Source: an uncultured Gammaproteobacteria bacterium (GTDB lineage Bacteria; Patescibacteriota; Microgenomatia; UBA8517). Taken from it: 64,000 nt of DNA. Shown here piece by piece: positions 48,279 through 57,768 of this stretch. The notes beneath the pieces are model-generated. The model ran no database searches. It was not told where the DNA came from and saw only the letters and a list, made by a program, of their open reading frames with translations. Within the stretch, counting starts at the first letter, position 1. Each line of letters opens with the position of its first letter. Location: the NCBI GenBank assembly GCA_964429215.1, contig CAYSAY010000002.1:33812-97811 (forward strand). Reading direction: 5' to 3'. The position numbers and the translations under genes are program-made.

Positions 48279-48716
48279 TTGATATATAATACCCATATGT
48301 CACTTAGAATTAAACACAACGAGGTCGAGTTTGGTGTCGGAGACAGAATCAAAGTCTACCAAAGAATTAAAGAAGGCGAAAAAACCAGAGTAGCCTTTTT
48401 TGAAGGAATGGTTCTTTCTATAAGCGGCAAACTAGATCGAAAGATGTTTACCGTAAGAAGAGTTGGTGAGGCTGCAATTGGAATTGAAAGAATTTTCCCT
48501 ATAGCACTTCCATCTATTGAAAAGATCGAAGTAATTAAAAGAGGTACAAGAGGTGTAAAACAAGCAAGACTTTATTACACTCGAGATAAGTCAACAAAGG
48601 AAATTGATAAAATTTATTCAAGAAACAATAGAAGAGAGCTTGCTAAAAAACAAGCTACTGAAAATACCACTAAAACAACAAAGGTTGTAAAGGCAAAGAA
48701 AACCCCAAAAAAGTAA
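48279..48716 (+). CDS. rplS: 50S ribosomal protein L19 with Lys-rich C-terminal tail
   Basis: FGVGDRIKVYQRIKEGEKTRVAFFEGMVLSI...RRVGEAAIGIERIFPIALPSIEKIEVIKRG. Confidence 0.75.
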   Translation: MIYNTHMSLRIKHNEVEFGVGDRIKVYQRIKEGEKTRVAFFEGMVLSISGKLDRKMFTVRRVGEAAIGIERIFPIALPSIEKIEVIKRGTRGVKQARLYYTRDKSTKEIDKIYSRNNRRELAKKQATENTTKTTKVVKAKKTPKK

Positions 48717-48738
48717 GTAATCCTGTTATACTGTTTAT

Positions 48739-49257
48739 ATGATAATTCTAGGAATTGATCCAGGCACTGCAACTACTGGTTTTGGTTGTATTAACATAAC
48801 TGATGTGTCAGCAGTTACTGGGAAAGGTCTTCAAGTTATAGAATGGGGTTTAATTGAAACTGATAAATCACTTCTAAAAGAGGAACGACTTGAAATTATT
48901 TACGAAAAGACACTTAAATTAATTACTAAATTCAAACCAGATGTCTTTGTATTTGAGAAAGTATTTTTTTCAAATAATGCTAAAACTGTAATTGCTGTAG
49001 GGCAAGCTCAAGGGGTAATGTTGTTGGCTGCAAGGAAACTTAATGTTTTTGTTGCTGAATATGCTCCCGGGACAATAAAGAAACTAATTACAGGAAGTGG
49101 AAGAGCTAATAAGAAGGAAGTTCAGGAACATGTAAGAAGAATATTAGGAAGTAAAGTAAAAAGTGAGAAGAAAAAGAAAACTCATTTTGATAACGCTGCA
49201 GATGCATTAGCAATTGCTATGACTCATGCCATGAAAATTTATGAAAATAAAGAATAA
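48739..49257 (+). CDS. ruvC: crossover junction endodeoxyribonuclease RuvC
   Basis: MIILGIDPGTATTGFG start and RuvC-like length and pattern. Confidence 0.8.
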   Translation: MIILGIDPGTATTGFGCINITDVSAVTGKGLQVIEWGLIETDKSLLKEERLEIIYEKTLKLITKFKPDVFVFEKVFFSNNAKTVIAVGQAQGVMLLAARKLNVFVAEYAPGTIKKLITGSGRANKKEVQEHVRRILGSKVKSEKKKKTHFDNAADALAIAMTHAMKIYENKE

Positions 49258-49294
49258 ATTTGCTCACTTGAAGTGATGAAATTTTACGAAACGA

Positions 49295-49561
49295 ATGTTT
49301 AAATTAGGCACTGTAATTAATTATTTACCAAAAACTCAGATTGCGATTATCCAATTATCGGCGGATTTATTCATTCATGAAAAAATTAAATTTGTATTTG
49401 AAAAATATACATTATTTGAACAAGTTGTTGATGAGATTCGATTGGATTATAAAAAAGTTGATTTTGCTAAAGCAGGATCAGTAGTAGGAATACATATAGA
49501 TATGTTAGTATTAGGGGAAAATGGGAAAATTGAAACGGGGACAGAGATCTTCAGGAGTTGA
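49295..49561 (+). CDS. hypothetical protein
   Basis: 88 aa ORF. Confidence 0.3.
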   Translation: MFKLGTVINYLPKTQIAIIQLSADLFIHEKIKFVFEKYTLFEQVVDEIRLDYKKVDFAKAGSVVGIHIDMLVLGENGKIETGTEIFRS

Positions 49562-49934
49562 TTGGCAAGTAGCTGAGGATATCGAGAGCCGAACAAACAA
49601 ACTAATTAAAGAACTTGAACTGGAATGGCTGTCTTATGGTCGTATATTTTATTATCGCTCCACAGGAAGTACAGCAAGGGCATATGCAAGAACTTGGGGA
49701 CTTCCTCGACTTTGGCAAACAGTTTTAACAGTTGAACCTGCCTATATTGTTGAGGTAATTTCTGAACACTTTGACAAATTATCCCAAAGACAACAAGATG
49801 AAATAATCTTACACGAGCTATCCCATATTCCAAGAAATTTTTCAGGAGCACTTACCCCACATACAAAAAGAGGTCATAATAATTTTAAGGATAAGCTTAG
49901 GCAAATGATTGTCAAGTTGGACAGCCTAAAATAA
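49521..49934 (+). CDS. putative zinc metallopeptidase (SprT/WLM-like, HExxH)
   Basis: IILHELSHI motif; overlaps the upstream ORF by 41 nt. Confidence 0.4.
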   Translation: MGKLKRGQRSSGVDWQVAEDIESRTNKLIKELELEWLSYGRIFYYRSTGSTARAYARTWGLPRLWQTVLTVEPAYIVEVISEHFDKLSQRQQDEIILHELSHIPRNFSGALTPHTKRGHNNFKDKLRQMIVKLDSLK

Positions 49935-49990
49935 ATTTATAGTTTTTAGTTCTTAATTTTTATTGAATTTCTAATTACTATTTAATAATT

Positions 49991-50350
49991 ATGAATAATA
50001 AATATGATTTAGAAGAAAGATTAGCTGTATACGGTGAAAGAGTTATTAATTTGTGTAAAGATAATTTTAAGAACGAATTTGCAAAGTCAATCATAAATCA
50101 ATTGTTGCGTTCAGGTACATCGATTGGTGCAAACTATAGTGAGGCAAATGGTGCAAGCAGTAAATTAGATTTCAAAAACAAAATACATATTTGTAAAAAA
50201 GAGGCAATTGAGACTAAATATTGGCTAAGAATGTTAAGCAATGCCATACCTAACGAAACTGAGAAGTGTAGAAAATTGTGGAAAGAAACTCAAGAATATA
50301 CATTGATATTCTCTAAAATTATTGGAACTATGCGTTTAAATGCTAAATAG
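49991..50350 (+). CDS. four-helix-bundle protein (23S rRNA IVS protein family), second copy
   Basis: QLLRSGTSIGANYSEANGASSKLDFKNKIHICKKEAIETKYWL. Confidence 0.5.
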   Translation: MNNKYDLEERLAVYGERVINLCKDNFKNEFAKSIINQLLRSGTSIGANYSEANGASSKLDFKNKIHICKKEAIETKYWLRMLSNAIPNETEKCRKLWKETQEYTLIFSKIIGTMRLNAK

Positions 50351-50399
50351 AAAATATGAATTGAATTAAAATTGAGAATTAATAATTAGAAATTAAATT

Positions 50400-50951
50400 A
50401 TGAAAATAATTGTATTACATGGTGATGATACGATAAAACTTTATGACAGGCTCCAAAAGTTTATTGAAGAGGCAAAACGCCGATCATGGAAGATTACAGA
50501 TTATAGTTTAGAAGAAGTAGAAAACCAAAGTCTTTTTGGTGAAGAAAATTTTTATATATTAAAGGATTATAAGTTGCTGGAGAAAAAAGTTATAGAAAAG
50601 CTAAAGAATTATTCTGGTAATTTAATTATTTATCATGAAGGTAAAATACCTGCTCCAGTACTTAAAACTTTTGAAGCTACAAAGGTGGAATTGTTTGAGC
50701 TGCCACAGCTAATGTGGAAATTTTTGGATAATATGACTGTACAAGGTCTTCATGAGTTAATTAAAACACAACCCGTTGAATCGTTAATTGGTTTGATTGC
50801 CTGGAAGTTAAAGCAAAAATATCAAAGACACCCAACAACTGAGGTGACACAAATGATATCAGAATTAGCTGAGATTGATTATAAATCTAAAATTGGCAAG
50901 GTTGATTTATTGTTGTCACTTGACTTGCTGTTGTCTAAAAGATTAGTATAA
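50400..50951 (+). CDS. short DNA polymerase III delta subunit-like protein
   Basis: MKIIVLHGDD start and C-terminal ELAEIDYKSKIGKVDLLLSLDLLL resemble HolA, but at 183 aa it is short. Confidence 0.35.
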   Translation: MKIIVLHGDDTIKLYDRLQKFIEEAKRRSWKITDYSLEEVENQSLFGEENFYILKDYKLLEKKVIEKLKNYSGNLIIYHEGKIPAPVLKTFEATKVELFELPQLMWKFLDNMTVQGLHELIKTQPVESLIGLIAWKLKQKYQRHPTTEVTQMISELAEIDYKSKIGKVDLLLSLDLLLSKRLV

Positions 50952-50967
50952 GTTTCATATAAATTGT

Positions 50968-53187
50968 ATGAGATTTGCAAAACCTATTGCCAAAAATCAA
51001 CTCGAAAAAATATTTTTAGGTCAAGTTGAAAAAGACACACCTGATAAAGTTAAAAATAGTAAATTAATTGATTTAAATAACGAAGGTGAGTTTGTTTTTA
51101 CACTTCGAAAAGAGCATTTAACCGAGTTTGATATAAATAGTGAGGGACTTGGAATATTATCTTGGTTTGAGAATTATAAAGAGGAAGCAAAGGTTTCTAC
51201 TGCTGGCATCAGAGGTCTACAGAATCCTCTTTATCCATGGGATACTAGGTACCCTTTAAATCTAATTGGAGTAACGTTGGCAACAATGGGTAAAGTTTTG
51301 GTTGCAAAAGAAGATGGTTTGGTAAAAGAAAAGATTGCTGCGTGCGAAGTTAGATATAACTCTAAACAATATGTGGAATTGATTGCTAGAATACAGGCAG
51401 CAAATGGAATAAAAACATATTTAACAGAAAATTATCAAACAATTCCAATATTTTTAATTTCCTTTGTTATTTTTATGAACGATTTATATGGTGGTGAATA
51501 TGTTACTTCTTCACACGCTATGTGCAAGAAAATAGCAACAAAAGATTTGAATACTCAAGGAAGTCAATATATTCCAAGTGAATCATTGAGATTCGTTGAA
51601 AAAGTAGAAGAAATATTAAAGATTGTAAATCAAGAAGGTAAATATACAATGAAGTTTTCATCTTTAGATAATATAAATATTGATTTTGAATTTTTGAAAT
51701 CAATAAAAAATGGAATAGATGACTATGTGAAATATTTAAAAAATGGAATAGCTACCGAAGTTAATTTAAAAGCCATTAAAAAGTATAAAAATAAATTAAT
51801 TATAGATACCGTGGGTGGCAGTTTGACCAATACTTTTTTACCTGTCTTGAAACAGCTAGGAATTGAGGACAAATTTTATTTTGTACATTCTGAGGAAGAT
51901 TCGTTTAATCATGGTGTTGGAAAGATTATTAACGAGGACGGTAAATTTTTTGATTGGAGTTGTGATACTACAATAATGAAAGCTGATCTTAAAACACTTG
52001 AAATTAAAATACCCGTTGTTGGAACTATTAATTATGGTGAAATTCTAAAAGACTATCCAATAGGTACTGTAATTTTGATGACCGATCCAGATGCCGATAG
52101 ACTTGTCACTGCTGTACTTGAAACAAAATCAAAAATAGATATTTTAAAAAAGATGGGAATTGTATACTCAGAAATTGATGGTGAAAGAATACTAGTATTG
52201 TTTACCCCTAATCAATCCTTTTTGATGAATATTGATTTTCAAAAGAAAGCATTAATTAATGCTGGTCTTTGGGATAAATACAATTGGTTTGTTATTAAAA
52301 CCTCAGCTTCTCAGAGAAGTTGGGATGAGTGGTGCATTAAAAATAATATACCTGTAATCAACACCCCAGTAGGGTTTAAAGAACTCGCTGATACGATGAT
52401 TAACGTCGAAAGAAAGATTGAAAATTCTAGTGGTGAAGATATTTTTATAAATGATGTGTTTGGAAAATCTATAAATATAGGAAAGAAACCAAGAATGCTA
52501 TTTGCAGGTGAGGAAAGTGGTGGAGAAATTTTTGGTCCACCTGAAATGATATTGAGTAAAAAGGGCAGAAAAGCAATTTCAATGCGTGAGAAAAGTGCTG
52601 GGGAAGCCATTATCATAACATCAGCAATGGTTAGCTATTTAGATGACCAAGGTCTGACTTTAGTGGATTATTTAAATAATATATTTGTTGAAAACAATAT
52701 TGCCTTTAGATACGAAATTAGAATTGATCAAAAATATTATAACGAAAGTGAACCTGACATCAAGAAATTATTAATTGAAAAAGAAAAAGGTATGAAGTTA
52801 AAGTCCCAAAACAACTCGTACTTTTTAAGTTTGGCGATAGGACTTAGAGATAAAATATTGTCAATCGAACAAGTCAGAGAAGTGCTAACTGATAATTTTA
52901 ATGAACTGAACTTTTCTGACCTTGTTGATATTCTATTTTGCGGTGATGGAACTTATTTTTTGTTTAAGGACAAATGTATGGAAGTAAGGCCATCAGGAAC
53001 AGATGCAGTAAACAAGGCATATTGTTTTGGTAAAGATCAGTGGGAGAATATTAAGTATGCCCAAACTATTGCAACATTTGATGGAACTAGAAATAAATTA
53101 CATATAAAGTATATACCATCAGAATTTTACAACAGAATAGAAAAGTATAGTTTTGAAATATATACACATTATAAAGAGAACCAATAA
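50968..53187 (+). CDS. alpha-D-phosphohexomutase superfamily protein (PGM/PMM-like), unusually long
   Basis: STAGIRG (GTxGxRG-like) and TSSHAM in place of the canonical TASHNP phosphoserine loop; 739 aa. Confidence 0.5.
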   Translation: MRFAKPIAKNQLEKIFLGQVEKDTPDKVKNSKLIDLNNEGEFVFTLRKEHLTEFDINSEGLGILSWFENYKEEAKVSTAGIRGLQNPLYPWDTRYPLNLIGVTLATMGKVLVAKEDGLVKEKIAACEVRYNSKQYVELIARIQAANGIKTYLTENYQTIPIFLISFVIFMNDLYGGEYVTSSHAMCKKIATKDLNTQGSQYIPSESLRFVEKVEEILKIVNQEGKYTMKFSSLDNINIDFEFLKSIKNGIDDYVKYLKNGIATEVNLKAIKKYKNKLIIDTVGGSLTNTFLPVLKQLGIEDKFYFVHSEEDSFNHGVGKIINEDGKFFDWSCDTTIMKADLKTLEIKIPVVGTINYGEILKDYPIGTVILMTDPDADRLVTAVLETKSKIDILKKMGIVYSEIDGERILVLFTPNQSFLMNIDFQKKALINAGLWDKYNWFVIKTSASQRSWDEWCIKNNIPVINTPVGFKELADTMINVERKIENSSGEDIFINDVFGKSINIGKKPRMLFAGEESGGEIFGPPEMILSKKGRKAISMREKSAGEAIIITSAMVSYLDDQGLTLVDYLNNIFVENNIAFRYEIRIDQKYYNESEPDIKKLLIEKEKGMKLKSQNNSYFLSLAIGLRDKILSIEQVREVLTDNFNELNFSDLVDILFCGDGTYFLFKDKCMEVRPSGTDAVNKAYCFGKDQWENIKYAQTIATFDGTRNKLHIKYIPSEFYNRIEKYSFEIYTHYKENQ

Positions 53188-53189
53188 AT

Positions 53190-53966
53190 TTATTTATCCC
53201 CTTTAAGTTCAAGAAGCTTGTCCATGAGGTATTCACCGCCGAGATGCTCGCCATCGATAAAATAATCTGATTGCAAGTGTTCTTTGTCTGTTGTTATACC
53301 AATACCAGCTGTATCTGTCATGTCTTTGTCATTTATCCCATTTCCTACAGCCATAGTTTGAGAAATGTCTACACCAAGCTGTTCTGCTAACTTCCTTAAA
53401 CCAACACCTTTATTAAATCTATAAGGAGCTATGTCGTATGCTTCGCCATTCCACCAACAATAAAATTCATTTTTGGAGTCATGTTTTTTAACGATTTCAT
53501 CTATTGCTGGAATTGCTTCAAAACAATGTAGTGTGATTAAAAATTGCTTTGGCTCAAAACCACGTGCTTTTTCGTTTTCAATTGCCAGTCTCTGTAAGTC
53601 AACGGTAATTTTACGAAGCGTTTCTAATTCGTAATTAGTAAATTTATCAGTCTGCTTAAGTTCGCCTTCTTTAATTGTAAAAATACCAATTTCTCCAATT
53701 ACGCTTGCATTTCCCCAGAGCATACCTTGAAAAACTTTGGTTAAATACATTGTGCTTCTTCCACTATTTACGGTAACATGGAAATATTTTTTTAGTCGAA
53801 TCATTTTTTGTAGAATACGATCTTCAAGTGGGGAAGTTTTAACCTTTAGTTCTGTCCCCTTTTCTGAAATCTCTGTGCCTTTTTTAATTGTTACCCCATC
53901 TACATCAAAACAAACTACTTTGATATCCCTTATATCTTCTGCTGTTAAGTCGTCTAACTGTTTCAT
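53190..53966 (-). CDS. HAD-superfamily hydrolase (Cof-like, subfamily IIB)
   Basis: Motif I VCFDVDGV, late GNGINDKDM. Confidence 0.6.
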   Translation of the reverse strand: MKQLDDLTAEDIRDIKVVCFDVDGVTIKKGTEISEKGTELKVKTSPLEDRILQKMIRLKKYFHVTVNSGRSTMYLTKVFQGMLWGNASVIGEIGIFTIKEGELKQTDKFTNYELETLRKITVDLQRLAIENEKARGFEPKQFLITLHCFEAIPAIDEIVKKHDSKNEFYCWWNGEAYDIAPYRFNKGVGLRKLAEQLGVDISQTMAVGNGINDKDMTDTAGIGITTDKEHLQSDYFIDGEHLGGEYLMDKLLELKGDK

Positions 53967-54038
53967 TCAAGAGATGTTATCAATATTTTACGTTGGTTGC
54001 AAGTATAGGATTAATGATTTATTATTTCCATATAAAAT

Positions 54039-54953
54039 ATGACTAAAATTCTCTCATTCGGATCAGTCTATTTAGATATAAATTCAGTAGGTTTTCCAGA
54101 CTTAGATATTCTTAAAGTTGAATATGAAATCGTAGGTAATGAATATGAGTGTGAAATTGGCGGTTCTGCAGCTAATTTTTGCAAAGAACTTTCAATTTTA
54201 GGAATAGATACATTGTTTATATCTAAAATTGGTAATGACCAGATTGGCAAAATAATTATAGATCTTTTTCAAAAAACTAAAATAGATTTTAGACCAATTA
54301 TTAGCGGGGACTCTAAAAGTAATGTTGGAATTAATTTAATTCAAAAGAATGGTAAAAGATTTATGGTTGTACTAGGAAATTCAAATAAGACAGCGACTTC
54401 ATATGAGTTTCTCGAAAAAATTAAAAACAGTCTTTCTGATATTAAATATTTATATTTAGGCGGTGTTAACAAATTAAAATTACTTAACGACACTTTTTTT
54501 ACGGATTTAATAAAAACAGCCAAGAGCCATGCTATTTCGATTGTTTTTGATCACGGTAGATTTACAAATTTTAATTTGGTCGCGAATATAAAAAAAGATA
54601 AATCAATTTTAAATTTGTTGGATAAAAATGATTTTTATTTACCCAGCGAAGATGAATTTTTATCCTTAATGCAAGAAAGTGATATAAATGTTGCGTATGA
54701 GAAATATTCAAATATTACAAATTGTAATTTAGTAATAAAACAAGGCAAAAGTGGTGCATCGTACTTTGCAGAAGGTAAGTTGTTAACGATTAACGCCCAC
54801 AAGATACAAATTATAAATACTGTTGGTGCAGGAGATGCATTTAACGCAGCTTTTATTAAATCAATTTCGGAATCAAATAATATTGACAATGCTGTTGATT
54901 TTGCAAATAAATTTGCATCACTTAAAATATCAGGATATTATAATAAGGTATGA
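54039..54953 (+). CDS. PfkB family carbohydrate kinase
   Basis: C-terminal NTVGAGDAFNAAF motif and N-terminal GG-like region. Confidence 0.65.
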   Translation: MTKILSFGSVYLDINSVGFPDLDILKVEYEIVGNEYECEIGGSAANFCKELSILGIDTLFISKIGNDQIGKIIIDLFQKTKIDFRPIISGDSKSNVGINLIQKNGKRFMVVLGNSNKTATSYEFLEKIKNSLSDIKYLYLGGVNKLKLLNDTFFTDLIKTAKSHAISIVFDHGRFTNFNLVANIKKDKSILNLLDKNDFYLPSEDEFLSLMQESDINVAYEKYSNITNCNLVIKQGKSGASYFAEGKLLTINAHKIQIINTVGAGDAFNAAFIKSISESNNIDNAVDFANKFASLKISGYYNKV

Positions 54954-55843
54954 AATTAAGTACAGAAGTAAAATTAATTCTAGCTGACGTTGATGAAACA
55001 ATCGCTGACGTTTATACAGATGCTACTCCAGAAATGATATCAGAACTAAATAAAATTTTATCAAAAGGAACAGCATTGTTTTTAGTTTCCGGCGGAGGAC
55101 TTCAAAGCATAAGAGAAAGGGTAACTGATAAATTGGATAAAGATTTAAGGCATCGAGTTCTCGTTGCTCACTGCACAGGTGCTGAAGTATGGGGATTTGA
55201 ACTCAACGGAGAGTTAAAGAAAGATCCTTTTTATGGAGTTTACGATGAAAAAATGTCAGTATCGCAAAAGAAAAGATGGAGAGAAATAATTGACAGCATT
55301 ATCTTAAAGTATAAATTGGTTACTTATCCAACAATGCCTACAAAGAAGTTTATTGAATTGACTAATGGGAATAGAAATTCAATTATGTTGGCAGATCGTG
55401 GTCCTCAAATTACTTTAGAATTTCCAAATAGTGAAGATATGAGGCCTCCTATTCTTGAGGATTTAAAAACAATATATATACAAGAAAATTTTCCTGTTCA
55501 CCCTAAACTTGCTGGAATGTTTGCACTAGATAACCCATTAGATGGTGTAGATAAAACATTTGCAATTGATACCATATTGAATAATAAAGAAATTATAGGT
55601 AATTTAAATTTACCTCTAGATATTAGGAATAAATCAGATTTAGTCGAAATTTGGGGAGATAAATTTGCGGAAGTTGGAGGTTCTGACTTTATGATGAGTA
55701 AAGCCGTCTCACCAAAGGTAAAATCAGTTGATTTTAGAGAAGAATCCGAGGAAAAGTTTGCAGATGGATATAACATAATGGTTTGGAGGGGCAAGAAACA
55801 TTTGCATGAAGGTCTTCTGGAATATCTTCAAGGTAGCATATAA
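54950..55843 (+). CDS. HAD-like hydrolase family protein (possible sugar phosphatase)
   Basis: LILADVDETIADV resembles HAD motif I (DxDxT); rest unassigned. Confidence 0.4.
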   Translation: MKLSTEVKLILADVDETIADVYTDATPEMISELNKILSKGTALFLVSGGGLQSIRERVTDKLDKDLRHRVLVAHCTGAEVWGFELNGELKKDPFYGVYDEKMSVSQKKRWREIIDSIILKYKLVTYPTMPTKKFIELTNGNRNSIMLADRGPQITLEFPNSEDMRPPILEDLKTIYIQENFPVHPKLAGMFALDNPLDGVDKTFAIDTILNNKEIIGNLNLPLDIRNKSDLVEIWGDKFAEVGGSDFMMSKAVSPKVKSVDFREESEEKFADGYNIMVWRGKKHLHEGLLEYLQGSI

Positions 55844-55850
55844 TTAAAAC

Positions 55851-56687
55851 ATGAATTGGATTGTTTTATCAATTTTTGCCGGGATAGCTTCATCTGCATT
55901 TAGTGCCATTAATAGAATTGCATTAAAGGATAAGGGCGACTCAACTGCCTATGGTTGGTGGTTTGAAGTTGTTAGATCTATTTTTTTTATCACAATTGTC
56001 TTAAGAAATCCTTTTCCTGAATTAGATTTAAGCTCATTAACTAAATTGATATTAGTAAGTTTTTCTGAGATGTTTTCAGTTTATGTCTTTATGCGTATGC
56101 ATGCATTGACTGAATTGTCTGTTTCTTCAATAATATCACGTTTAAGAATTGTCTGGTCTCCAATCATTGCGTGGCTAGTTATTAATGAGCGTTTAACTTC
56201 TGTTGAGTATCTTGGCATCATAATAATATTTTTAGGTATAGCAATTGTTAGTTCTCCTAGTGAAATTAAAAAAGACAAGGGAATAAAATTTGCATTATTA
56301 TTTTCATTTTCAAGTGCGTTGTTAAGCACGCTTGTAAAGAACGCAAGTGTAAATTTATCTAGTGAAATTATAATACTATCTCAAGGGATTGTTCCAATCA
56401 TCTTACTTCCAATTCTGATGAAAAGTAGATTTCAACGAATTTGGGATTCAGCTTCAAATAATTTGTTTAATATATTATTAGCAGGTAGTTTTAATATTGC
56501 GAGTTCATACTTATTAGTAGAAGCACTAAGGCTAACTGAAGCAAGTAAAGTAGTTGGTATTTATCAGGCCATGACAATTCTGTCTGTTATTTATGGAATA
56601 TTTGTATTAAAAGAAAAGGATAAGATGTATAGAAAAATAATTGGTACTATAATTGTTATATTGGGAATTATTCTAACAGTTGTCTAA
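55851..56687 (+). CDS. DMT-superfamily (EamA-like) membrane transporter
   Basis: 278 aa, about 10 TM helices in two halves. Confidence 0.55.
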   Translation: MNWIVLSIFAGIASSAFSAINRIALKDKGDSTAYGWWFEVVRSIFFITIVLRNPFPELDLSSLTKLILVSFSEMFSVYVFMRMHALTELSVSSIISRLRIVWSPIIAWLVINERLTSVEYLGIIIIFLGIAIVSSPSEIKKDKGIKFALLFSFSSALLSTLVKNASVNLSSEIIILSQGIVPIILLPILMKSRFQRIWDSASNNLFNILLAGSFNIASSYLLVEALRLTEASKVVGIYQAMTILSVIYGIFVLKEKDKMYRKIIGTIIVILGIILTVV

Positions 56688-56715
56688 ACAGTTAAGTGAG
56701 TAGTATAGTAGAATC

Positions 56716-57753
56716 ATGAATTTAAATGAAGATTATACAAAATTAGATCCAGATGGAGTCGAAAAGGCTTTGGAAAAGTTTCCAGAACAAATTAAAAATG
56801 CCTTTGGGCAAGTACAAAGTACAAAGTACATAGTACAAAGTTTCGATACGATAGTTGTTTCTGGTATGGGAGGGTCAAGTAATGCAGGGAAAATTGTTCA
56901 AGGATTATTAGAAGATAATTATACGAAACCATTTGCTGTGTATAACGATTATGGTTTACCTGCTTGGGTTAATGATAAAACTTTAGTTGTTTTAAATAGT
57001 TATTCAGGAAATACAGAAGAAACACTTTCAGGCTATGAAATTGCTAAAAGTAAAAACGCGCAAATTATTGGAATTGCGACTGGTGGAAAAATTGGTGAGA
57101 TGGTAAAGGCAGGAGTTATTCAAGGAGCAGTAATTGATCCGAAAGATACTAATCCTACAGGATTTCCTAAGTCTGGACTTGGAGTGTCGCTTGGAGGGTT
57201 GCTTGGGGTTCTATTAAATATTGGCGTTATAACAAACGCAGAAGCTGAAATAAATACAGCATTGGTAGAACTTATTGATATTAGGGCTAAATGGAATTGC
57301 AAAGAAATGGCTGAGAAGCTACATGGTTCAATCCCTGTATTGCTTGGTGGTAGGCCGCTTCTTGGCGCATTGAACGCTGGAAGGAACGCAATGTGTGAGA
57401 TATCCAGAAATTTTACTGAGTTCTATGATTTTCCAGAAGTTAATCATGTTCTTGTTGAAGCTGTGGGTAAACCTGCTTCAGCTATATCCAAAAAATATTT
57501 ATTCTTTGAAAGTAAATTTAATCACGACAGAGTAAAACTACGATTCCAAATAACAAAAGATATTTTCATCGAACAAAATCTAAGTACTATGTCCTATGTA
57601 CTAAGTACTTCGAGTGTATTGGCACAATCACTCGAATTAGCTCATTATTGTGCATGGGTAGGTTTTTATCTTTCGATTTTAGATAATACAAACCCTGGAC
57701 CTGAACCTTGGATTTTAAAACTAAAATCTGCCCTTTCCCAGCCGGTGCATTAA
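56716..57753 (+). CDS. SIS-domain bifunctional phosphoglucose/phosphomannose isomerase-like protein
   Basis: IVVSGMGGSSNAG ... VVLNSYSGNTEETL ... IGIATGGKIGE pattern of the archaeal-type PGI/PMI family. Confidence 0.5.
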   Translation: MNLNEDYTKLDPDGVEKALEKFPEQIKNAFGQVQSTKYIVQSFDTIVVSGMGGSSNAGKIVQGLLEDNYTKPFAVYNDYGLPAWVNDKTLVVLNSYSGNTEETLSGYEIAKSKNAQIIGIATGGKIGEMVKAGVIQGAVIDPKDTNPTGFPKSGLGVSLGGLLGVLLNIGVITNAEAEINTALVELIDIRAKWNCKEMAEKLHGSIPVLLGGRPLLGALNAGRNAMCEISRNFTEFYDFPEVNHVLVEAVGKPASAISKKYLFFESKFNHDRVKLRFQITKDIFIEQNLSTMSYVLSTSSVLAQSLELAHYCAWVGFYLSILDNTNPGPEPWILKLKSALSQPVH

Positions 57754-57768
57754 TGCTATATTGAATAT

